A DNA stretch of 64,000 bases from a bacterium. Lineage in GTDB: Bacteria; Bacteroidota; Ignavibacteria; UBA10030. Where the stretch lies: the NCBI GenBank assembly GCA_043803945.1, contig JAZDJN010000042.1, positions 42,821 through 106,820 of the forward strand, read 5' to 3'. The translations under genes were made by a program, and so were the position numbers. Below, piece after piece: positions 20,592 through 30,062 of the stretch (positions are counted from its first letter, which is position 1; each line of letters opens with the position of its first letter). The notes beneath the pieces were generated by a model. It was not told where the DNA came from, did no database searches, and was given only the letters and a program-made list of their open reading frames with translations.

Positions 20592-22394
20592 ATGAGCGAA
20601 GAGATGAAAGAACAGATCGAACCGACAGCGTCCCTGGGATTTGACAATGAGATGGCAGAGATCTTCGAAAGTTTCGTGATCGAGTCGAATGAGATCATCG
20701 AGCATCTGGGACGCGATCTTCTGGAGCTTGAAAAAACACCTGCCAACATCGAGCTCCTGCATAAGATCTTTCGGGGGATGCATACGCTGAAAGGAACATC
20801 CTCATTTCTGGGATTCAACCAGATGACTGAACTCGGTCATAGTTGTGAGGATTTACTGAATAAGCTCCGAAAAGGAGAGTTGGTTGCTACTGCGGCAATG
20901 ATCGATGTTATGTTTAAAGCCTATGATATGATCAAAGTGCTGCTCGAGAGAATTGAAAAAAAGAATATGCAGCCCGTCGACTTTTCTCACATCGTGCAGA
21001 AACTTCAGGCTGAGATTCAGGGTGCAAGCCAGGTGAAGGCACGTGAAAAAACATCCGACGGTTCAGCACAACAGGTGGAAGAAAACGCAGCAGAATCAGC
21101 GGTGGCGAGCTTTTCAAAATCAACGGATACGACAATCCGGGTCGATGTCAATCGGCTTGACGATCTGATGAACCTGGTTGGCGAATTGGTACTCGGCCGT
21201 AATCGGTTGTCTCAGGTCTCCCACAAGTTGAACGAGGAATACGAAGAGGTTCAAACTGTCAAGGAGCTGCAGGATACAAGTTCACAAATCGACTTTATTA
21301 CGACCGAGCTGCAGATGGCCGTGATGAAAACCCGGATGCTGCCGGTAGCCAAAGTATTTAATAAACTTCCCCGCCTGGTACGTGATCTTGCGAAGGAGAC
21401 CGGGAAAGAGATCGATCTCCAGATTTATGGGAGAGAAACCGAACTTGATAAATCCATCATTGAGGAGCTCAATGATCCTCTGCTGCACATTATCCGGAAC
21501 GCTGTCGATCATGGCATTGAGTTGCCGGATGAACGCATAAAAAACCGAAAACCACGGATTGGAACGATTGTCGTCAATGCCGAGCATGAAGGGAACCATA
21601 TTGTCATTTCCATTGAGGATGATGGTAAAGGAATGGATCCTGAAATCCTCAAGCAGAAAGGGATCGAGAAAGGGCTCATTACCCTGGAGCAGTCCAAGGA
21701 AATGTCGAAGAGAGAAATCCTTAATTTGATTTTTATTCCGGGATTTTCGACAGCACAAACCGTGACATCGGTGTCCGGGCGGGGTGTGGGAATGGATGTT
21801 GTCCGGTCCAATGTCGCAAAGTTAAAAGGCATGGTGGAAATTGACTCGGATCCCGGTAAAGGGTCCATTATCACAATCAAACTCCCGTTGACCCTTGCAA
21901 TTATTCAAGCACTTCTCGTGAGAGTCGGTACCGAAATATTTGCCATTCCACTCGGCTCGGTTCTTGAAGTAGTCCGCGTTGAGGCAAAAGAGACCCAGAC
22001 AATCAATGGCCACGGGGTCATTCGCATGAGGGATATGGTGCTTCCGCTCGCTAGTATGGCGGAGGTGCTCACCAAGAATGGTCAACAGAGCAAGCCGCGC
22101 TGGTTGTATATTGTAGTGATTGCATGGGCCGACCAGCGACTCGGTGTTGTCGTTGATTCATTGCTGGGGCAGCGCGAAGTTGTGATAAAATCTCTTGGCG
22201 ACTATTTAAGCAATACTCGCGGCATTGCAGGCTCGACTATCTTAGGTGATGGCAGAACGATTCTGATTATTGACGCCGGGCAATTTATTCAACTGTGTAT
22301 CGAAAAACACGCTAAATCGTCACCTCAGGCAAACCTCACGGCTGAGGAGGCCTGGAGTGAGAACAACGATCACCTGGAAGGAACCTCAAGGTAG
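20592..22394 (+). CDS. cheA: Chemotaxis histidine kinase CheA (no obvious P2 domain)
   Basis: HPt IFRGMHTLKG, TIRVDVNRLDDLMNLVGEL, HIIRNAVDHG, GFSTA...SGRGVGMDVV, P5 domain. Confidence 0.96.
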   Translation: MSEEMKEQIEPTASLGFDNEMAEIFESFVIESNEIIEHLGRDLLELEKTPANIELLHKIFRGMHTLKGTSSFLGFNQMTELGHSCEDLLNKLRKGELVATAAMIDVMFKAYDMIKVLLERIEKKNMQPVDFSHIVQKLQAEIQGASQVKAREKTSDGSAQQVEENAAESAVASFSKSTDTTIRVDVNRLDDLMNLVGELVLGRNRLSQVSHKLNEEYEEVQTVKELQDTSSQIDFITTELQMAVMKTRMLPVAKVFNKLPRLVRDLAKETGKEIDLQIYGRETELDKSIIEELNDPLLHIIRNAVDHGIELPDERIKNRKPRIGTIVVNAEHEGNHIVISIEDDGKGMDPEILKQKGIEKGLITLEQSKEMSKREILNLIFIPGFSTAQTVTSVSGRGVGMDVVRSNVAKLKGMVEIDSDPGKGSIITIKLPLTLAIIQALLVRVGTEIFAIPLGSVLEVVRVEAKETQTINGHGVIRMRDMVLPLASMAEVLTKNGQQSKPRWLYIVVIAWADQRLGVVVDSLLGQREVVIKSLGDYLSNTRGIAGSTILGDGRTILIIDAGQFIQLCIEKHAKSSPQANLTAEEAWSENNDHLEGTSR

Positions 22395-22405
22395 AGGACA
22401 TACCT

Positions 22406-22759
22406 ATGTCGATTCGATGGATTGAACATGACGGAAAAAAAATATTACGGTGCGATTACCGGGGATTGAATATTGAGCAGTCGATAGCAATGTTTGAGAA
22501 ATCGATGGCTGAGATGTCGCGCAGCGGTGATAACGTGTTAATGATCTCGAATTTTCAAGGTACAATGCTGAATTACAGGTTTGCTTCATGTGCGTATGAT
22601 CTTGCAAGACTGAATTTTCGACCTAAGGCGAAGAAAATTGCTCTCGTGGGAATTGAAGGATTACAGTATGTCATTCGTGAAGCATTTGGTGTGATGAGCG
22701 GCCGCAAACCTTCTCTCTTTGAAACGGAAAACGAAGCACTCACATGGTTAGTCAATTAA
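22406..22759 (+). CDS. STAS/SEC14 (SpoIIAA-like) small protein
   Basis: WIEHDGKKILRCDY...KIALVG...FETENEALTWL pattern. Confidence 0.65.
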   Translation: MSIRWIEHDGKKILRCDYRGLNIEQSIAMFEKSMAEMSRSGDNVLMISNFQGTMLNYRFASCAYDLARLNFRPKAKKIALVGIEGLQYVIREAFGVMSGRKPSLFETENEALTWLVN

Positions 22760-22790
22760 TTAAAAAACTGTATACCCGGGTAGATGATCT

Positions 22791-23909
22791 ATGAATGGAC
22801 CGATAAATGTAGTGGTGATTGATGATTCAGCGTTCATGAGGAAGTCTCTGACGCTGATGCTTGAATCCGATCCGCAGATCAGAGTAGTGGGTACGGCACG
22901 CGATGGCAGGGATGGTGTTGATAAAGTACGGAAGTTGAATCCTGACGTTGTGACCCTCGATGTGGAAATGCCGGGATTGGATGGGCTCGCGGCACTCAAG
23001 ATCATCATGAGAGAAATGCCAGTGCCGGTTCTTATGGTTAGTTCTCTTACGTCAGAAGGAGCAGAGGCGACGCTCGAAGCGTTAAATCTTGGAGCGGTCG
23101 ATTTTATTTCTAAAGATCTTTCTTATGTCTCAGTCGATATTCTGAAGATTAAAGAAGAACTCATTGCCAAAGTAAAAGAAATCGCGACCAGCCGTTATGC
23201 CCGTCTTCGGTATCAGGCACTTGGGTCAAGCCGCCACGCTGTGCGTGACACTGAAGAGATCAGTCAAAGCCGTGTTCGTATCCCGAGCATTTTGCAGGAG
23301 AATTTGGAAGCCGTTGTTCTTGGTGTTTCAACGGGAGGCCCGTTAGCACTCCTGCAGATCATTCCGAAGCTTCCGGCAGACTTTCCAATTGGGATCGCAA
23401 TCGTGCAGCACATGCCCCCGCACTTTACACGAACCCTTTCGGAGCGGTTAAATAGCCTGAGCAAAGTTGCGGTAAAGGAAGCGGAGCATGGAGAATTGAT
23501 GGAACCTGGTAAAGTGTTGATCGCTCCTGGTGGCAAGCACCTTCTCTTCTCTCGTGGTCATGGCGCAATGCAGGTCATCATTTCGGAAGAACCGCGAACA
23601 ACAATCTTTCGCCCCTCTGTCGATGTGATGATGCGATCGGCAGTTGAGGCAGCCCACGGTCCTTTGCTCGGTGTCATAATGACCGGCATGGGGAAAGACG
23701 GTTTGGATAGTCTCAGGCTTATTAAACGGAAGGGTGGTTACATTATCGCCCAGGACGAGGAATCGTGTGTGGTATATGGCATGCCAAGAGCAGCGGTGGA
23801 GGATGGTATTGCGGATACTGTTGTTCCTTTAATGGAAATTCCGGATGCACTTATTCGACTGGCCAATATACGCACCGCTCCTGTATCGAGCAAAGTCATT
23901 GCAGGATGA
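22791..23909 (+). CDS. cheB: Chemotaxis methylesterase CheB (REC + esterase)
   Basis: DDSAFMR, LDVEMP, GVSTGGP, VQHMP, RPSVD, MTGMGKDG, SCVVYGMP. Confidence 0.96.
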   Translation: MNGPINVVVIDDSAFMRKSLTLMLESDPQIRVVGTARDGRDGVDKVRKLNPDVVTLDVEMPGLDGLAALKIIMREMPVPVLMVSSLTSEGAEATLEALNLGAVDFISKDLSYVSVDILKIKEELIAKVKEIATSRYARLRYQALGSSRHAVRDTEEISQSRVRIPSILQENLEAVVLGVSTGGPLALLQIIPKLPADFPIGIAIVQHMPPHFTRTLSERLNSLSKVAVKEAEHGELMEPGKVLIAPGGKHLLFSRGHGAMQVIISEEPRTTIFRPSVDVMMRSAVEAAHGPLLGVIMTGMGKDGLDSLRLIKRKGGYIIAQDEESCVVYGMPRAAVEDGIADTVVPLMEIPDALIRLANIRTAPVSSKVIAG

Positions 23910-23969
23910 GGCAGTAATCGAATACAAAATTCTATTCATAATGGAAATTCAGTAAGAAGAACCAAAACC

Positions 23970-26789
23970 ATGGAAAAACAATTGCAGGTGTTGATACTCG
24001 AGGATATTCCGATTGACGCGGAACTCACCGAACATGAACTGAAATCGGCAAAAATCGATTGCATCGTACAACGGGTCGCTACCAAAAGCAAGTTCATGAA
24101 AGAACTGGAGGAGTCTACCCCTGATGTGATCCTGGCGGATTTCACTCTGCCCCAGTTCTCCGGATTGGAAGCATTGCGCATTGTCAGGGAAATGAAACTC
24201 GACATTCCCTTTATTCTGGTAACCGGAACACAGAGGGAAGAAGTCGCGGTCGAATGTATGAAGGAGGGTGCCGACGATTATATCCTTAAAACTAGTCTGA
24301 AACGGCTTCCCGCTGCAGTTCTCAATGCCCTTAAGAAAAAAGAGGCCGAACGCGCATCACGCCGCCTAGAAACAGAACTCCAGAAATCCATCAATTATGC
24401 AATCAGCATTTTCGACAGTATTACCGATGCCTTTTTTGCCGTCGATAACGATTGGATACTGATGTATCTCAATCCCCGCTCTGATACGTTTCTCTCAAAG
24501 GTGCACAAACAGCGCGAAGATCTGTGGGGAAAGAACTGGTGGGATGAATTTCCCATTTCGTTCGAATCCGAAGCGGCAAAACAATTGTTCCATGCAATGA
24601 ACGAACGAACCGCTGTCGAATTTGAGGAATATTATCCATCGCTCGAGTCATGGCTCCACATCCGGGCTTATCCGGCTGATCCCGGTCTTTCCATCTATGC
24701 ACAGGATGTTACCGAACGGAAACTTGTGGAAAAAGTTCAACAAGCAGTCTATAAAATCTCCGAGGCAGCCAGCAATGAAAAGAGTATTGATGCCCTCTTT
24801 AAACGTATTCATGAGATCATCTGTGAGTTGATGCAAGCCAAGAATTTTTACATCGCACTCTATGATAAGGAGCGTGACCTCATTCGGTTTCCGTACTGGG
24901 TGGATGAGAAAGATACTGCACCGGGACCGCGGAAACCCGAGCGTGGAATGACAGAATATGTCTTGCGCAATGGTGTTCCCTTGCTTGCCACCCAGGAGGG
25001 TTTGAAGGATCTCGAAATCGAGATGGGAGTCTCTCCACGTGGTACCCCAAGTGTCGATTGGCTTGGCGTACCGTTGAAAACGGTTGACGGTGTTATCGGA
25101 GTGTTGGCTGTCCAGAGCTATACGGATGGAGTCCGCTATAGCGATGTCGATAAAAATATCCTTGTCTATGTCTCAGAACAGGTTGCGATGGCAACGGAAC
25201 GAAAACGGTCGGAAGAGAAAATCATTCAACAGGCCAATCTGCTCGATATCGCGCAGGATGCGATTATGGTTCTCGACATGGCGCAGAATATTCTCTACTG
25301 GAATAAAAGTGCAGAACGGATTTATGGATGGCTGGCTGAAGAAGTGGTAGGAGAAAATGCCAATCGGCTTCTCCAGAAAGACCAGGAATCTCTTAATGCA
25401 GTCATAGCCCGCGTTCGGGAGAAAAAGAATTGGTTTGGCGAACTAAAACAGGTCACAAAGGACCATCGGGAGTTGATCGTCGAAAACCGGTGGAGTCTTG
25501 TACACGGGCAGGATGGGAAATCAGAATCTATTCTGGTGATTGCTACCGATATTTCCGAGAAAAAGCGGCTCGAACAGCAATTCCTCCGCGCACAACGGCT
25601 TGAGAGTATTGGCACCTTAGCCAGCGGGCTTGCGCATGATCTGAACAATGTGCTGGCACCGATCATTATGGCGATTCCGTTTTTAAAGGAGAAGTTGACG
25701 GAGAAATCGGACCTCGATATCCTGGCGACACTTCAATCCTCTGCGAAACGCGGAGAAGGTATAGTCAAGCAGGTGCTCTCCTTTGTCCGTGGTGTGGAAG
25801 GTGATCGTGCCATACTTCAGACGAAACACCTGGTGGTGGAACTCGGCAGTTTTCTGAAAGAAACGCTTTCTCCTTCGATCAGAATTCAAACGAAGCATAA
25901 CAAGGATCTCTGGCCGGTTCTCGGTGATGCCACCCAGTTGTATCAGGTGCTCATGAATCTCGCTGTAAATGCAAGAGATGCAATGCCCGAAGGTGGCACG
26001 CTGAAAGTTGAAGCCCAGAACCTGCCCCTGGATCAGGATGCAGCCAGCCTGTATATCGATGCCCATCCGGGCCGTTATATCCAGTTAACCGTTTCCGATT
26101 CCGGTGCCGGTATTCCGGCTGATATTATGAATCGAATCTTCGATCCATTCTTTACTACAAAGGATCCGGGGAAAGGCACCGGGCTTGGACTGTTCACCGT
26201 GCTGACGATCGTAAAAAGCCATGGTGGTTTTGTTGATGTACAGAGCAATCCCGGTTCCGGTACACAATTTAAGATCTATATTCCTGCCTGTGAATCGGCA
26301 GAATTGAGTCAACTGGAGGAAGGCATTGATATCCCTTCCGGCGAAGGTCAACTCGTCCTGGTTGTCGATGATGAGGTTTCTATCAGCGACCTCATTGAAA
26401 TGACATTGAAGAGCCGGAATTACCGGGTTCTGACGGCAAAGGATGGAACCGAGGCTCTGGCGCTCTACATGCAGCACCGGGGTGAAATTGATGTCGTGCT
26501 GATGGATCTATTGATGCCCTACATGGACGGTTCATCAACGGTCCGGGCAATGCAAAAAATTGATCCGTCCGTGAAGATCATCGCTATGAGTGGACTTTTG
26601 ATTGATCGGCAGAGATCGTCTGATGCACTCATCAGTGACTCTATTCCGTTTATGCAAAAGCCGTTCAGCATGGAGAAACTCCTGAAAACCGTTCATGAGG
26701 TAATTCATCTTAACAATGGCTCGAACGGTTCGGACCATCCATTACACCAGGATGATGCCTTGAAATCACTGGTCGGAAAATCGAATTGA
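23970..26789 (+). CDS. Hybrid kinase REC-PAS-GAF-PAS-HisKA-HATPase-REC
   Basis: AHDLNNVL H-box, NLAVNARDAMP, DPFFTTK..GKGTGLGL, terminal receivers, GAF (NFYIALYD...WLGVPL). Confidence 0.92.
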   Translation: MEKQLQVLILEDIPIDAELTEHELKSAKIDCIVQRVATKSKFMKELEESTPDVILADFTLPQFSGLEALRIVREMKLDIPFILVTGTQREEVAVECMKEGADDYILKTSLKRLPAAVLNALKKKEAERASRRLETELQKSINYAISIFDSITDAFFAVDNDWILMYLNPRSDTFLSKVHKQREDLWGKNWWDEFPISFESEAAKQLFHAMNERTAVEFEEYYPSLESWLHIRAYPADPGLSIYAQDVTERKLVEKVQQAVYKISEAASNEKSIDALFKRIHEIICELMQAKNFYIALYDKERDLIRFPYWVDEKDTAPGPRKPERGMTEYVLRNGVPLLATQEGLKDLEIEMGVSPRGTPSVDWLGVPLKTVDGVIGVLAVQSYTDGVRYSDVDKNILVYVSEQVAMATERKRSEEKIIQQANLLDIAQDAIMVLDMAQNILYWNKSAERIYGWLAEEVVGENANRLLQKDQESLNAVIARVREKKNWFGELKQVTKDHRELIVENRWSLVHGQDGKSESILVIATDISEKKRLEQQFLRAQRLESIGTLASGLAHDLNNVLAPIIMAIPFLKEKLTEKSDLDILATLQSSAKRGEGIVKQVLSFVRGVEGDRAILQTKHLVVELGSFLKETLSPSIRIQTKHNKDLWPVLGDATQLYQVLMNLAVNARDAMPEGGTLKVEAQNLPLDQDAASLYIDAHPGRYIQLTVSDSGAGIPADIMNRIFDPFFTTKDPGKGTGLGLFTVLTIVKSHGGFVDVQSNPGSGTQFKIYIPACESAELSQLEEGIDIPSGEGQLVLVVDDEVSISDLIEMTLKSRNYRVLTAKDGTEALALYMQHRGEIDVVLMDLLMPYMDGSSTVRAMQKIDPSVKIIAMSGLLIDRQRSSDALISDSIPFMQKPFSMEKLLKTVHEVIHLNNGSNGSDHPLHQDDALKSLVGKSN

Positions 26790-26812
26790 ATGTTAGGGTA
26801 AGAGGCACTGCC

Positions 26813-28408
26813 ATGGCAACGCAAACAATGTGGGATCGAAAACGTATCGGAGTCGTTCGCGACGTTACCATGTCCAATGTGACCGTTGTATTGGATTCAA
26901 CCCTCACGAATCTCACTCTCCAGTTAAATGGAAAAGCATATCCGATTGGTCAAATTGGAACCTACGTACTCGTTCCTGTTGGCAAACAACTTCTGTTAGG
27001 GATGATTGCTGAATTCAGAAACAAAGGTATCCACAAGAATGGTACGATGGCACCCCATTATGAAATGGTGGTGAACCTTATCGGAACGGTCAGAGCCGGT
27101 ATGTTTGAACGGGGTGTCTCATCGTTCCCGACCGCCGATTCACCGGTGTACTTGTTGGAAGATAAGGACCTCAGCGTTGCATTTTCTGTATTCCAACGAT
27201 TTGGTTTTTCCATCGGCAGGCTTTCACTCTTTGAACATGAACGGGCTTTTCTCGATCCGAACCGGTTCTTCGGAAAACACCTTGCAGTCGTTGGAGCAAG
27301 CGGAGCCGGAAAGTCATGCACTGTCTCGTCAATCCTGCAAAAGGTCATCGGGTATCCCGACACCAAGGTGATTATTCTCGACATTCATAACGAGTATCGA
27401 ACTGCCTTTCCGGAAGAGAGTCAGTATCTCAACCTTTCAGAGCTCGAATTGCCTTTCTGGCTGATGAATTTCCAGGAGATGCTCGAGATGTTTATCGATA
27501 CGGCAGATGAGAATTCCGCAACCCAAATTACGATACTGAAAGACCTTGTGTTCCAGGCAAAGCGTGATCAGAACCCGGAATTAAAGAATGTATTGACCAT
27601 CGATACACCGGTCTATTACAATCTCGCTGAAGTTCGCACCAAGATCGAATATCTTGATACCGAAAAGGGCGGCCCATTCTACGGAAAATTCGCCCGCTTC
27701 CTGGTTCAACTCGATACAAAGTTGAACGATCCGCGGTACGATTTTATGTTTAAGCCACGCCTCTATATCCACTCGACAACGATCGAGGAACTCTTGATCC
27801 GGATGTTCAGCCTGGATGGCACATCGAAGATCACCATCATGGATATGAGTGGTGTACCGTTCGATATCGTCAACACGATTGTCTCCCTGGTCGCACGTCT
27901 GGCTTTTGATTTCAATTTCTGGAATATCAACAGGCGCGAATCTCCGATCTTGCTGGTCTTCGAGGAAGCACATAATTATCTCTCGGCAACCGGAGAAGGA
28001 ACGCGTGCTGCACGCCGGACGATAGAGCGGATAGCAAAAGAGGGGCGCAAATATGGTGTCAGTTGTATGATTGTCAGCCAGCGTCCTTCGGAAATCTCCG
28101 AGACAATTCTCTCCCAATGCAACAATTTTGTGGTGATGAGGCTGACCAACCCGGTGGATCAGAACTATGTGCGCCGGCTTGTGGCCGATACGTTTCCGGG
28201 ATTGGAAAACCTGTTGCCTTCGCTTCGCCAGGGTGAGGCGCTGGTTGTGGGCGATGCGGTCCCGATGCCGCTCCGCGTGCTGATTGATCCGCCGAAACCG
28301 GAACCTGCGAGTGCGGATATAAAATTTTTCGATAAATGGAAACTGAGCTGTACAGCAATCGATGTGAGCGAGGTTGTCCGGCGATGGTGGCATCAAGATC
28401 GTAATTAA
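26813..28408 (+). CDS. HerA/DUF87-family P-loop ATPase
   Basis: N-terminal HAS-barrel-like region, KHLAVVGASGAGKS Walker A, ILDIHNEY, LLVFEEAHNY Walker B, IAKEGRKYG, SQRPSE. Confidence 0.88.
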   Translation: MATQTMWDRKRIGVVRDVTMSNVTVVLDSTLTNLTLQLNGKAYPIGQIGTYVLVPVGKQLLLGMIAEFRNKGIHKNGTMAPHYEMVVNLIGTVRAGMFERGVSSFPTADSPVYLLEDKDLSVAFSVFQRFGFSIGRLSLFEHERAFLDPNRFFGKHLAVVGASGAGKSCTVSSILQKVIGYPDTKVIILDIHNEYRTAFPEESQYLNLSELELPFWLMNFQEMLEMFIDTADENSATQITILKDLVFQAKRDQNPELKNVLTIDTPVYYNLAEVRTKIEYLDTEKGGPFYGKFARFLVQLDTKLNDPRYDFMFKPRLYIHSTTIEELLIRMFSLDGTSKITIMDMSGVPFDIVNTIVSLVARLAFDFNFWNINRRESPILLVFEEAHNYLSATGEGTRAARRTIERIAKEGRKYGVSCMIVSQRPSEISETILSQCNNFVVMRLTNPVDQNYVRRLVADTFPGLENLLPSLRQGEALVVGDAVPMPLRVLIDPPKPEPASADIKFFDKWKLSCTAIDVSEVVRRWWHQDRN

Positions 28409-28470
28409 TAAACGAATCTGAGTGGTTCAGTACAGATTACCCGAAATTCTCTGGATCTGAAAGATCACGA

Positions 28471-29742
28471 ATGTCGAACCAAATGTCAGCAGAAGAACTG
28501 CGAAAACAGGCCAACGAGATTCTCAAGGGCGTTGACCAGTTGATTAAGGCAGGAAATCTCGATGATGCGCTGGCCCAGATTGGGAAGGCCAAAGCCATCG
28601 ATCCGAACAATGCCTATATCTACGCGTTCGAAGAGCGGATCGGATTTCTCCGGGCTGAGGAACAGAGAAAGAAAGGCGCTGACGCAGCACGAAAGCGAAT
28701 GGAAGAAGAGGCGTGGAAACGCCTTGAGGAGCAGCGGCGTCGGATTGAAGAAGAACGCAAGCGAAAAGAGGAAGAGGTAAAAAGAAGGGTAGAGGAGGAG
28801 CGGAAACGAAAAGCTGAGGAATCACGCCGTATTGAAGAGGAGCAGAAGAAACGGGTTCACGTAGAACCGGTTGTCGTGAAAGCGGTCGATGAGAGACAGA
28901 AAATTGAGGAAGATACTAAACGCAAGTTTGAAGAAGATTTCAAGCGAGCCGAGGAAGAAAATAGAAAGAAAGCGGTCCAGGCAGAGGCCGCTGCCAAAAA
29001 GAGCCATGCTGCAGCAAACGATCCGCATCAGATCTATAAGAGTGTCCTTCTCCTTGCCTGGGCAGATGGTGGCCTGTCGAAGGAAGAGGAAACCCAACTG
29101 AAGGGTTTGAAACTCTCCCTCTCAATCTCCGATGACGAGGACAAGAAACTTCAACACAATGCACAGCTTGAATCGTACGCTCAGGCATTTAAACTGGCGT
29201 GGTCGGCGGGCATGAACGCCAAAGAACGGGGTTCCGTCATCCAGGAACTCAGAAAGAAATTCTTCATTACTGCTGCCGATCAATCCAAGATTGAATCGAA
29301 ACTGCTTGCAGAAATCGCACCCGATCAACAGCAACAGCAACAACTGATCCTCGTTGTCGAAGATGAAGATGCAATTCTTAAGCTGATCGTTCAGGTTCTA
29401 GAGAATTCAGGGTATACGGTCCAGGCATTCTCAACATCCGACGACGCCTATCAAACCTTGCGTGAATCCAACGGCAGCCATCCACCCGATCTGATTCTCT
29501 CCGACGTGAACCTCGAAACCTCGTCGATGGGAGGATTCTCGTTCTATGAAAAAGTCAGGCAGCTCGACTCACTTCTTCATGTTCCCTTTATCTTCCTCAG
29601 CGGATTAACGGATGAAGGAATGATTCGTTATGGAAAAGGATTAGGTGCCGATGATTATCTCACGAAGCCCTTTTCGAATGACCTGCTGTTGGATACCATC
29701 AAAGGAAAACTGAAACGGTTTCATAAATTCCGCAAAGTCTAA
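28471..29742 (+). CDS. TPR-like + E/R/K-rich helix + tandem TerB-like repeats + C-terminal receiver domain protein
   Basis: A..IDPNN TPR-like hairpin, EEERKRK-rich stretch, AWADGGLSKEE and AWSAGMNAKER repeats, VEDED...SDVNL...KPF receiver. Confidence 0.75.
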   Translation: MSNQMSAEELRKQANEILKGVDQLIKAGNLDDALAQIGKAKAIDPNNAYIYAFEERIGFLRAEEQRKKGADAARKRMEEEAWKRLEEQRRRIEEERKRKEEEVKRRVEEERKRKAEESRRIEEEQKKRVHVEPVVVKAVDERQKIEEDTKRKFEEDFKRAEEENRKKAVQAEAAAKKSHAAANDPHQIYKSVLLLAWADGGLSKEEETQLKGLKLSLSISDDEDKKLQHNAQLESYAQAFKLAWSAGMNAKERGSVIQELRKKFFITAADQSKIESKLLAEIAPDQQQQQQLILVVEDEDAILKLIVQVLENSGYTVQAFSTSDDAYQTLRESNGSHPPDLILSDVNLETSSMGGFSFYEKVRQLDSLLHVPFIFLSGLTDEGMIRYGKGLGADDYLTKPFSNDLLLDTIKGKLKRFHKFRKV

Positions 29743-30062
29743 CACAGGAGGATTCTCTTCCATTCATCATCGTTTTGGTCTGGTGGTGGAGAATCTTCCT
29801 CTTTCCTTCCAATGCCGTTCTAATTTCATAGGTGAACATTCTTGCTGATCAGGTGAAGTGCGCTGAAGATCCGAGCATCACCGCGGTTACTCTGTAGCAT
29901 TCGAGGCTGGTTCCAGAGTACTGGAAACAGAATGAAATTAGAGGGAATGGAACATGATGTTGGAGCAGGAGATGCTGGGCGAGATATTTACTGAACTCTT
30001 GATTCTCGATCAATACGCATATACATTCAGGCAGTGTAGTTTATCTGAAAGGACTGAGTTCA

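Noticed and set aside
26813-28408. HerA-based anti-phage system or NurA-HerA repair pair
   Set aside because: No SIR2, DUF4297, nuclease or NurA gene is adjacent, and the context is signalling.
28700-28960. GAAGAG-rich DNA as a tandem repeat or CRISPR array
   Set aside because: It reflects E/R/K codons of a coding helix. No fixed repeat-spacer periodicity was seen here or elsewhere in the window.
29999-30013. FNR box TTGAT...ATCAA
   Set aside because: The spacer is 5 nt rather than 4, and it coincides with a plausible -35 element.
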